64,000 nucleotides of DNA from Candidatus Bathyarchaeota archaeon (GTDB taxonomy: Archaea > Thermoproteota > Bathyarchaeia > Bathyarchaeales > Bathycorpusculaceae). Location: contig CAWFFH010000003.1 of NCBI GenBank assembly GCA_963815095.1, positions 320,001 to 384,000 of the forward strand. Reading direction: 5' to 3'. How positions within the stretch are numbered: the first letter of the stretch is position 1; the number at the start of each line of letters is the position of its first letter. The notes under the pieces were generated by a model that saw nothing but the letters and a program-made list of their open reading frames with translations, was not told the DNA's origin and searched no databases. Below, one piece after another: positions 9,486 through 17,596 of the stretch. A program made the translations under genes and the position numbers.

Positions 9486-9678
9486 TGTTGAACAGTCTAT
9501 CTTGTATTGTATTTTTACGCGGAGCTTGTATCATAGGAAATCTATTTCCCTAAATCCATTAATTGGGGTTCCTTGCATGAGTTACAAAGACTTGAAAAAC
9601 AGCTCTCTGATTATTCATGTTAGCATCAACAATAAAAGGAAATGTGGCTGTCTTCGGCAATTGTAATTTCCAAAGAAT

Positions 9679-9804
9679 TTAGCAGTCAACTAGGTGCGAT
9701 GTACCATCCGGACAATAAACTTTCTCGCCAATAATAACTTGTTTATAACGAATTTTGCACTTAGAGGCCCTTTCACATCCGTCACAATCTCGTGATAAAA
9801 CCAT
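9679..9804 (-). CDS. 41-aa Cys/His microprotein, copy 2 (MVLSRDCDGCERASKCKIRYKQVIIGEKVYCPDGTSHLVDC)
   Basis: GAGGTG SD; DNA diverged with many synonymous changes while the motif residues are kept. Confidence 0.8.
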   Translation of the reverse strand: MVLSRDCDGCERASKCKIRYKQVIIGEKVYCPDGTSHLVDC

Positions 9805-9974
9805 TAAGACACCTCACTATAGATACTTAGTTAAGACTATTAACATTATAAAAGTAATTCGGGAAGACAATTTGTAGCTGTCAGTAGGAAATCAATGTTG
9901 ACTGAAAATGGTATTTGAAATTCATAAGAGCTAATAATTACTCCACGTAAGTTGCTTGCTAAAGGCCGCAAATC

Positions 9975-10094
9975 ATGAACACAGAAGAAAACAATCGAGA
10001 TACAAATGACGAAGCATTAGAACCGGACTGGGTCAACCACTGGCACGAAGACAATGACAAAAAGGAACCCAACACAAAACAGACGACATTTTGA
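9975..10094 (+). CDS. 39-aa acidic microprotein with an EPDWVNHWHED core
   Basis: Manual translation; weak AAGG SD; hydrophilic composition. Confidence 0.4.
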   Translation: MNTEENNRDTNDEALEPDWVNHWHEDNDKKEPNTKQTTF

Positions 10095-10207
10095 AAATTC
10101 CCATTTCGCTTCAAACATACTTCTTTTGACGATTGAAGCAAAGTAAAGAGGAAATAGGCAAATACTTTCTTTTAGATTTTTTATTCGCGGATAGCTTAGT
10201 GGCTCAA

Positions 10208-10354
10208 CTAATTTATGCAAGCGACTTTATGTTTTCTCTCAAGATTTTTGAGTCTTTCTTGGAGCTTTCTATCTCGTTCCTTTTTCTCAAGATTAATCAA
10301 TGGGCTTAGCGCAAGGACAGTAAGGCTGCGCTCTATTTTTTTGAACAAGTTCAC
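10208..10354 (-). CDS. 48-aa basic, helical microprotein (MNLFKKIERSLTVLALSPLINLEKKERDRKLQERLKNLERKHKVACIN)
   Basis: AGGTGA SD 6 nt before the GTG start; coiled-coil-like composition. Confidence 0.5.
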   Translation of the reverse strand: MNLFKKIERSLTVLALSPLINLEKKERDRKLQERLKNLERKHKVACIN

Positions 10355-10593
10355 GAATCTTCACCTTGTCTATTAATCATATCTTACGATGCCATATTAA
10401 TAAACCAAGTTCCAAAAACCGACATATAACGGAAATATCAACATAAACTTGAAAAAATCATGAAGGATCAAGAAATTGTGAACTTGAAACCTTAATTAAT
10501 GTAAACGCATAACTTGAAAAAAACTTTTTGAAACAATTAATTACCGCCCTGATTGGCAAATCTTATTAGCCCTCGTTCCCATAAACATATCAA

Positions 10594-10959
10594 GTGATTT
10601 CTATGGATTTTGTAGGACTTATAATCAGCATAATAGTAAGCATAATCTTTGTCGCACCCATTCTCTGGCTTGTCGGAAGAGCACTCGTAGGCAAACAAAA
10701 AGCAAAGTTCACCGACGCAATCTGGATTGTCGTTCTTGGTGTCGTCATTGGAGCTGTCGTTGGAGCCCTTATAGGTGGCTTAATCGCGTCGATAATAATG
10801 TTCATTGTCTGGCTTGCATTGATCAAGCACTTCTTTGACTGTGGCTGGCTGATGGCGTTTGCAATAGCCGTAGTGGCAGTGATTGTCTTTATAGTGATAA
10901 TCTTCATATTGGCATTGATAGGCATCGCTGTAATCGGTCTAGGGGTTCCATTCTTATAG
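10594..10959 (+). CDS. Small multi-pass membrane protein
   Basis: About four hydrophobic helices; IKHFFDCGWL..A motif; TATA upstream and T-tract downstream. Confidence 0.75.
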   Translation: MISMDFVGLIISIIVSIIFVAPILWLVGRALVGKQKAKFTDAIWIVVLGVVIGAVVGALIGGLIASIIMFIVWLALIKHFFDCGWLMAFAIAVVAVIVFIVIIFILALIGIAVIGLGVPFL

Positions 10960-10999
10960 AAAAAACAATCAACCCTTCTTTTTTTGTTAACTTAATTTA

Positions 11000-11136
11000 A
11001 AGCTCGCGTTCTCGACTTTCTAAGGAGCTTGTTGCTCTGAGATCGTGATTCATTCTTGTGTTTCCACTGCCCTTGCTGGCTTCGTCAAAAAGAGATATTT
11101 TCCAATTCTTTATGCCCTCAAATTATCTGAGAGCTA
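11000..11136 (-). pseudogene. GNAT C-terminal relic (copy 3)
   Basis: SSSQII*G/IKNWKISLFDEASKGSGNTRMNHDLR aligns with SNPQIIR..NW..TRF..ASKG..RIN of copies 1 and 2. Confidence 0.55.
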
Positions 11137-11138
11137 CT

Positions 11139-11516
11139 TCAATTGCCAGAAAGGGGTTCCGTTTTAAGAACATTTTCAGGTTCAATAAAACTTAAGGTCA
11201 TGGGATCAATGCAGGCAATTTCGCCCACAACTTTAGGGGAAATATTTTTTGTTTCATTTTCTTCAAGCATCATACCCCATGCTTTAGTATGAACATCATA
11301 GTAAATCGATAAAGTGTAGCCAATTTCACCTTCTGTACTTAGCCAGAACTTTACTTCGTTCATTTTGATTTCGCTTAGTTCTTTAGTGAAATTAATCGCT
11401 TCTTGGATTTCAAAAGACATTTCTTTTAATTCTTTAATAATTAATTGTCTATAGTTTTCTGAAGGAGAATCTTTAGACCAAACTACCTGGCACTTTTCTA
11501 TTTGAAATGGACACAT
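11139..11516 (-). CDS. Hypothetical protein (MCPFQIEKCQ...)
   Basis: Intact 125-aa ORF with a TATA box (cttatat) upstream; its N-terminus is duplicated at 4285-4313. Confidence 0.65.
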   Translation of the reverse strand: MCPFQIEKCQVVWSKDSPSENYRQLIIKELKEMSFEIQEAINFTKELSEIKMNEVKFWLSTEGEIGYTLSIYYDVHTKAWGMMLEENETKNISPKVVGEIACIDPMTLSFIEPENVLKTEPLSGN

Positions 11517-11598
11517 TTATAATCATATACCTTTTGTAATCTGCCGATATAAGCTTCATGCAATCAAAAATAATTTAGGTAAAAATTACTGCATGGAA
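11488..11598. repeat. Diverged direct repeat, copy B
   Basis: See 4285-4395; includes the last GNAT codons (IPV/MQ*FLP, similar to ITVSMQYFP). Confidence 0.75.
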
Positions 11599-11633
11599 CA
11601 GGAATCCATTTCCAACAACGCTAAGTTCCCTGT

Positions 11634-11873
11634 TTACTTAATAGACAATTCATCCAAGAGAGAAAACCCAGTCAAGTGAATGTAACTTTTACACATGTTG
11701 CAGCTAATAACCAGTTCTTCCAAACCGTGACTATTGACTTTTGGTTCTATAATGCAGTAAGTTTTTTCTGTAGTTTCATTTGGTGAAATATTACTTCTGC
11801 ATCTTGGACATGGGAAGTCGCCGTTTCCTTCGATTTTTGTCAAATCCAGTTTGTATGCTTGGGATTGTTCCAT
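11634..11873 (-). CDS. Zinc-ribbon protein
   Basis: GDFPCPRC...ISP.......LVISCNMC...IHLTGF; two CxxC motifs. Confidence 0.7.
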   Translation of the reverse strand: MEQSQAYKLDLTKIEGNGDFPCPRCRSNISPNETTEKTYCIIEPKVNSHGLEELVISCNMCKSYIHLTGFSLLDELSIK

Positions 11874-12043
11874 TTGTTTTACCCTTATTTATCGTTCAGT
11901 GTTTCAATTTATAAAATTAAGTTGTAACAGCATGAAACAACATTCACGGATATTCCCGTTAACCAAAGCTTTTGTTCTAAAGATGATGGCAACGTTGAAA
12001 TGACGTGTGCTTGCGAATCATTAATTTTGGCGCCATTAAGGTA

Positions 12044-12214
12044 CTACTCGAATTTTCCACCACACATAGGGCATTCTTGCTTGTGTTTATTTTGTAATTT
12101 TGAGAGTTGAGTTGTGCAATAGAAGCAGAAGTAGATTTTGCATTTTGTGCAGCAATAGAATCCGCCGCCTATCATTTTTCCGCAAGAGTCACAAGGTCTA
12201 GATAAATCAAGCAT
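12044..12214 (-). CDS. 56-aa C4C4 RING-like zinc-finger microprotein
   Basis: MLDLSRPCDSCGKMIGGGFYCCTKCKIYFCFYCTTQLSKLQNKHKQECPMCGGKFE; GAGG SD; four CxxC pairs; absent from the ORF track. Confidence 0.75.
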   Translation of the reverse strand: MLDLSRPCDSCGKMIGGGFYCCTKCKIYFCFYCTTQLSKLQNKHKQECPMCGGKFE

Positions 12215-12252
12215 AAACTTGGCCTCTGAAAACTTTGTAAATTATAGGTTTT

Positions 12253-12477
12253 TTATTCTTTTGTTTTGTATGGGGTGTATATAATCAAGAAATTTTTGAT
12301 TTCTTCTATGGAAAATCTGTTTTTGAGAAAGTTTCCGATTTCATGAAAGTTGTAGGTTCCCTTTATTTTTAGTTGATAATTTTCTGTTTTTCTTTGTTCA
12401 AGAATAACTAAACTTGGGCAGACAAGTTGGTTTGCGCCTAATTCGCGCAATAGAGTTATTGCCTCTTTCCTATCCAT
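12253..12477 (-). CDS. Small hypothetical protein (paralog of 7108-7365)
   Basis: GAGGGG SD before ATG 12477; MDRKEAITLLREL N-terminus. Confidence 0.65.
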   Translation of the reverse strand: MDRKEAITLLRELGANQLVCPSLVILEQRKTENYQLKIKGTYNFHEIGNFLKNRFSIEEIKNFLIIYTPYKTKE

Positions 12478-12719
12478 AATTCCCCTCTCAAACCCCAATG
12501 AACGTAAAAACCTAATAACTCTTTTTTTACAGTTTAGCAGCAAGCTAAACAGCCCCGTTGTTTTGAAGTGTTGGTTAAAGAGGAGTTATTACGGCAAAAT
12601 TAAGAAGCTATCTCGAAAAATTAGCGACGTGCCTTTTGGCAATTTTGGCATTCAATTTTGCTCTAATGCAAGGACCGGTGCTTTTTCTTTGCCTATGAGT
12701 TTAGCTTTTTGAGAAACCC

Positions 12720-12957
12720 TTATTTCCTCGTCTACAGTATATAGTAAGATTCAATATAATATAGAGGTGTATCGATAGAAATGTTGTCACGAGATTGTGA
12801 TGGCTGCTCCAGAATGATGTTTGAATGCAAACAACGCTTCGAAAAAGTAAACATCGGCGAAAAAGTATTCTGCCCCGACGGAACAGCACACCTAGTAGAT
12901 ACATAAAAACAATTTACCTAATTTCAAATATTCCCCAATTTCTATTCTATTTTTACT
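12720..12957. repeat. 238-bp near-identical direct repeat, copy B
   Basis: Matches 9248-9485. Confidence 0.9.
12781..12906 (+). CDS. 41-aa Cys/His microprotein, copy 3
   Basis: Identical to 9309-9434 except T13M. Confidence 0.8.
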   Translation: MLSRDCDGCSRMMFECKQRFEKVNIGEKVFCPDGTAHLVDT

Positions 12958-13519
12958 AATACAAATCCAGAAATTTCTCCCTGCACCTTTTTTCAACCAA
13001 CTCTATGAGTTCAACGTAGAAATTCCAAACGGAATCAAGCCAATCAACAACATCACGATGGGCAGGTAACGGCGGCAAGGAATGCCTAAATTACTTACCG
13101 GTCTTTTCAATGTGAAAGACATTAAACAGCGCTAACAGTAAATTTCCTGCCCTGAACAACTGGGCTTTTTCAACAACACAGAAACAGAAAACCCAACATA
13201 CCCACACTACACCCACAATGCCCAACATACAATCCAACATAGCAGTGTAAACAACCCAACCCTCCAAACTGCGCTTAAAGTTACTGTGCTTTTTTATGTC
13301 AAAACTCTCCCAGACACGACAAAACACCTCCAAAACAGGGCAAAACACGCCAAAAAACAACAAAATAGGGAACCGAAAAAACCCCAAAAACAACCGCTTT
13401 GCCAAAAAACACCTCAAACCAGCGATATCACCCACACCTAAACCCCATTTACAACATACATATCCATCATTAATTGGAACATTCCGCCATTTTTTACCAA
13501 ACAAAACATAAAACTTCAC
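12956..13519 (-). pseudogene. Corrupted or degraded hypothetical gene in a strongly skewed segment
   Basis: One frame runs 188 codons with a single internal TAA (13091); the 3' end looks protein-like (DVVDWLDSVWNFYVELIELVEKRCREKFLDLY*); the 5' part is extremely G/T-biased on this strand. Confidence 0.4.
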
Positions 13520-13711
13520 ATGTCAAACACAACTTTTTGTCACACACAAAAACCCAAAAACCGCCCACCCCAATCCCAACGCAAACAAAAAAACAACCTA
13601 AACCAAAAAACCAAACCCCAAAAGTGTAATGGACAATTATAAAGCCCCACACCAACACAAAGAGAACTAAAGTTAATTTGCGATTGTTTTTTAAGAAGGC
13701 AGATAGGTAGA

Positions 13712-15040
13712 TTGGATTTAAGGCGAATCAATGTGGGCTTAAGAAACTTCATTGAAGAACTCCAAAAGAAAGGGGAATTAACAAAGATTACAAAGCCTGT
13801 CTCAACCGAATACGAGATGGCAGGCATAATTGCGGCTTTAGGAGAAAAACCAGTTTATTTTGAGAATGTTAAAGAATCCAGCATCCCCGTCGTGGCTGGA
13901 CTGGTTTCCTCGAAAGAGTTGATTTGCCGCTCAATGGGCATAACCAAAGAGCAACTTCTACCCAAACTCCTCTCAGCCATCGAAAAGCCTATCGCATCAC
14001 AAATGGTTGAAAAGGCACCATGTCAGGAAGTTGTCGAGAAAAACGTTGATTTAACCAAGCTTCCAATCATGCATTACACCGACAAAGACGGCGGAAAATA
14101 CATCGCCTCAGCAGTCTCCATCGTAAAGGACCCACAACTGGGCAGAAACATGTGTTTCCACCGATTAATGCTCAAAGACAAAAACCACTTTGTCGCTCGA
14201 ATCGTCGAGAACCGAGGAACAGACACAGCGCTCAAGAAAGCGGGTGGCGAGCTCGACATAGCGTTCTGTGTTAGCAACTCCACTGCGGTACTGCTTTCGG
14301 CGGCAACTACCTTGCCAATGGGTGTGGACGAATTGGGAATGGCGAACGCATTAGAAAAAACCGATTTAGTCAAATGCAAAACGGTGGACCTTGAAGTTCC
14401 CGCTGACAGCGAATTCATCTTAGAAGGACGCATCACCAAAGAAAAAGCCACTGAAGGACCCTTCCTTGACTTAACAGGAATCGTTGACCGCGAACGCCAA
14501 CAACCCGTCGTAGAAATCAAATGCATCACCCACAGACAAAACCCCATTTACCAAACCATCCTCGCCGGCAAAAACGAGCACAAATTCCTAATGGGCATGC
14601 CCAAAGAACCCACCATCTACAGCGAAGTCGGCAAGGTTTGCCAAGTTAAAGACGTCTACATTACACCCGGCGGATGCAGCTGGCTTCACGCAGTTGTACA
14701 AATCAAAAAGCAAAATGCTGACGACGGCAAAAAAGCCATAGCGGCCGCGTTCAAAGGACATGGATCCCTCAAACACTGCGTCGTTGTGGACAATGACATA
14801 AACATCTATGATCCTCAAGATGTTGAATGGGCAATCGCAACAAGACTACAAGCAGACAAGAACGCTGTCATCCTCTCTAACCAGCCGGGCTCATCACTTG
14901 ACCCCTCAGGCGACCTCTCAGAGGGCAAAAAAGCAACAACAGCCAAAGCAGGCTTAGACGCAACCGCACCCCTCATATCCACAGGGAAGGGCTTTAAGAA
15001 AGTAGACTACATCAAAGTTGACCTAAACAAATACATGTGA
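13712..15040 (+). CDS. UbiD-family decarboxylase, probable anhydromevalonate phosphate decarboxylase
   Basis: EGPFxD motif and VVVDxDINIYDxxDVEWAIATR; adjacent to aconitase X subunits and ipk. True start may be GTG 13733. Confidence 0.9.
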   Translation: MDLRRINVGLRNFIEELQKKGELTKITKPVSTEYEMAGIIAALGEKPVYFENVKESSIPVVAGLVSSKELICRSMGITKEQLLPKLLSAIEKPIASQMVEKAPCQEVVEKNVDLTKLPIMHYTDKDGGKYIASAVSIVKDPQLGRNMCFHRLMLKDKNHFVARIVENRGTDTALKKAGGELDIAFCVSNSTAVLLSAATTLPMGVDELGMANALEKTDLVKCKTVDLEVPADSEFILEGRITKEKATEGPFLDLTGIVDRERQQPVVEIKCITHRQNPIYQTILAGKNEHKFLMGMPKEPTIYSEVGKVCQVKDVYITPGGCSWLHAVVQIKKQNADDGKKAIAAAFKGHGSLKHCVVVDNDINIYDPQDVEWAIATRLQADKNAVILSNQPGSSLDPSGDLSEGKKATTAKAGLDATAPLISTGKGFKKVDYIKVDLNKYM

Positions 15041-16245
15041 TTAGCATGGAACTGAATAAACAAGAACAAGCAATGCTCGACGGCAAAGAAGGCTACGCCG
15101 TACGCAAAAGCATGGAAATCCTCGTCGCACTCGGCGAGATTTTCGGAGCAAAAGACCTAATCAAAGTTGGCAGCGTCCAAGTCGCAGGTGTATCTTATCA
15201 CAACCTTGGCGATGCTGGATTGGAATTCCTAAATGAACTCGCCGTTGATGGCAGAGTCAAAGTCCTAACAACCCTAAACCCGGCAGGCATGGACCTGGAA
15301 AACTGGCAACAACTCGGCATAAGCCCCGAATTCGCCGAAAAACAAAACCTCGTAATCGACGCCTTCAGACGCATGGGCATCCTAATCAGTTGCACCTGCA
15401 CACCCTACCTCATCGGCAACCTTCCGCTCTACGGCGAACACCTAGCATGGTCAGAAAGCAGCGCCGTCACATTCGCCAACTCAGTTTTAGGAGCAAGAAC
15501 GAACCGTGAAGGCGGTCCATCCGCACTCGCAGCCGCATTTGTGGGTAAAACGCCCAATTATGGTTTGCATCTGGATGAGAACCGAGTGCCCGACGTCCAC
15601 GTTCAAGTTAACGCAGAATTAACAAAACTCTCCGACTGGGGAGCCTTAGGTTACGCAATTGGCAAGAAGGCAGAAAACAAAATCCCATACATCACCGGCA
15701 TCAAAGCCGCGGAACTCGACGAACTCAAATCCTTCTGCGCATCCGTTGTAACTTATGGCGCGAAACCACTCTTCTACATGAAGGGTGTCACACCAGGAGC
15801 AGAATCACAGAAGCAACCCAAAGAGACAATCTCAATCGAGCTGAGCGATATCAAAAACGCTTACGAAAACATCAACGATGACGTATCCGAAATTGAACTT
15901 GTCTGCGTGGGTTGCCCACACTGTTCGATTAAAGAAATCTCCGAAATCGCCGAGTTAGTCAAGGACAAAAAAGTCGCGGAGGGCACGGAGTTATGGGTTG
16001 CCACATCCCGAAGCGCCAAACAACTGGCCGACAAACGAGGCTACACGGAAGTCATAGAATCTGCGGGCGGTAAATTTGCATGCGACACCTGCATGGCAGT
16101 AGCGCCACTAAAAGGACGATTCAAATCATTAGCCACAACTTCCGCGAAGGGATGCTTCTATTCAAGGCAGAACCTTATGAAAACCAAGATGGGCAGCATG
16201 AAAGAATGCGTACAAGCAGCGGTGACTGGAAAATGGAACAGCTAA
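15037..16245 (+). CDS. Aconitase X catalytic subunit (phosphomevalonate dehydratase large subunit)
   Basis: CTCTPY, WSESSA..FANS..GARTNREGG, GCPHCS and DTC motifs. Confidence 0.92.
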   Translation: MISMELNKQEQAMLDGKEGYAVRKSMEILVALGEIFGAKDLIKVGSVQVAGVSYHNLGDAGLEFLNELAVDGRVKVLTTLNPAGMDLENWQQLGISPEFAEKQNLVIDAFRRMGILISCTCTPYLIGNLPLYGEHLAWSESSAVTFANSVLGARTNREGGPSALAAAFVGKTPNYGLHLDENRVPDVHVQVNAELTKLSDWGALGYAIGKKAENKIPYITGIKAAELDELKSFCASVVTYGAKPLFYMKGVTPGAESQKQPKETISIELSDIKNAYENINDDVSEIELVCVGCPHCSIKEISEIAELVKDKKVAEGTELWVATSRSAKQLADKRGYTEVIESAGGKFACDTCMAVAPLKGRFKSLATTSAKGCFYSRQNLMKTKMGSMKECVQAAVTGKWNS

Positions 16246-16622
16246 AAGGCAGAATAATCTACAAGGGCAAAGCCGAGGGCGAAGCGCTCGTGACCTTGCA
16301 ACCAATTTCGTTCTATGGAGGCGTAGACCCCAACACAGGCGTCGTCACAGAAAAAGCGCATGAACTACAAGGCATAAGCGTCAAAGGCAAAATTCTCGTT
16401 TTTCCCCAAGGTAAAGGTTCCACAGTAGGCAGCTACACACTCTACCGCCTCAAGAAAAACGGCGTCGCCCCAGCAGGCATGATAAACAAAGAATGCGAAA
16501 CCATCATAGCCGTCGGCGCCATCATCAGCGAAATCCCCACCATAGACAAAATCGATATTAGCAAAATCAAAACCGGCAACAAGGTATCTATAGAAAACGA
16601 AACCGTTCGTTTATTGCAATAG
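16233..16622 (+). CDS. Aconitase X swivel subunit (phosphomevalonate dehydratase small subunit, DUF126)
   Basis: ISFYGGVDP..G and GKGSTVGSY motifs; start reassigned to ATG 16233. Confidence 0.92.
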   Translation: MEQLKGRIIYKGKAEGEALVTLQPISFYGGVDPNTGVVTEKAHELQGISVKGKILVFPQGKGSTVGSYTLYRLKKNGVAPAGMINKECETIIAVGAIISEIPTIDKIDISKIKTGNKVSIENETVRLLQ

Positions 16623-16791
16623 CGCAAGAGGTTTTTTTCGTTTTCAATTTTTCTCATGCATTTTTGTGCACCCAAAAAACTATGCATCAAAGATTAAAAA
16701 AGGAAAAGACATCAAAATAGAGATGGAAACGCTACGGTACTGTAATGTTAAATTAGAAGTTCCCAATTAGAAATATACGGTTACGATTACA

Positions 16792-17595
16792 ATGAACGAT
16801 TCAAGACCCATAATCCTCAAAATCGGCGGCTCAGCCATCACCGACAAAACTGGAGAGTTAGCGGCAAAAACCGAAATCATAAACCGCTTAGCAGAAGAAA
16901 TCAAGCGGGCAGACCTCGACAACCTCATCGTGGTTCATGGAGGCGGCAGCTTCGGACACCCAACCGCACTAAAATACGGCTTAAAAGATGGCTACAATGA
17001 AGACCCAACCCAAAAATTGGGCTTCGCCGAAACCCACCACGTCATGACAGTTCTAAACGGTTTAGTCATGGATGCTATGATTTGGCACGAAACCGCAGCC
17101 GTAAGCATCGCACCATCATCCTGTTTCTTAACTGAAAACGGAAAAATCAAATTCTTCGACGAAACCGTCCTCAAAGCAATGCAAAAAATGAATTTCACAC
17201 CAGTCATGTACGGCGACGCTGTTTTAGATGAAAAATTAGGCTTTACAATCCTCTCAGGCGACCAACTCGTCGCATACTTAGCCATAAAATATAACGCATC
17301 AAAAATCGTTGTCGGCACCGACACAGACGGCTTATTCGACGCAGACCCCAAAACCAACCCAGACGCAAAACCCTACAAAAAACTCACACTATCAGAACTC
17401 AAAGCGATTCAGCCAAAACTTGGCAAATCCCAAGGTAAAGACGTTACAGGCGGCATGGCAGGCAAAATAGCTGCACTTATCCCAGCAGTTGAACATGGAA
17501 TCCATATAACAGTTACAGGAGCCACAAAAGGGTTATCTATTTACAGAGCCTTAACAGACCAAAGTGTGTTAGGCACTGAAATAGAGAAGACCTAA
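16792..17595 (+). CDS. ipk: Isopentenyl phosphate kinase
   Basis: LKIGGSAITDK, HGGGSFGH, SGD and DVTGGM motifs. Confidence 0.92.
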   Translation: MNDSRPIILKIGGSAITDKTGELAAKTEIINRLAEEIKRADLDNLIVVHGGGSFGHPTALKYGLKDGYNEDPTQKLGFAETHHVMTVLNGLVMDAMIWHETAAVSIAPSSCFLTENGKIKFFDETVLKAMQKMNFTPVMYGDAVLDEKLGFTILSGDQLVAYLAIKYNASKIVVGTDTDGLFDADPKTNPDAKPYKKLTLSELKAIQPKLGKSQGKDVTGGMAGKIAALIPAVEHGIHITVTGATKGLSIYRALTDQSVLGTEIEKT

Positions 17596-17596
17596 A

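Noticed and set aside
9353-9553. Track ORFs 9353-9553 (+) and 12701-12904 (-)
   Set aside because: Alternative frames over the duplicated cassette; the SD-supported, conserved frame is the 41-aa peptide.
4460-11125. In-frame TGA codons in GNAT relics as selenocysteine
   Set aside because: They fall at non-Cys positions alongside frameshifts, consistent with decay.
4200-13000. CRISPR array or integron attC array in the island
   Set aside because: No regularly spaced short repeats, cas genes or integrase; the repeats present are irregular gene-sized duplications.
13130-13700. Diversity-generating retroelement or phase-variable tract as the cause of the A/C skew
   Set aside because: No reverse transcriptase, no template/variable repeat pair, and no regular repeat unit.
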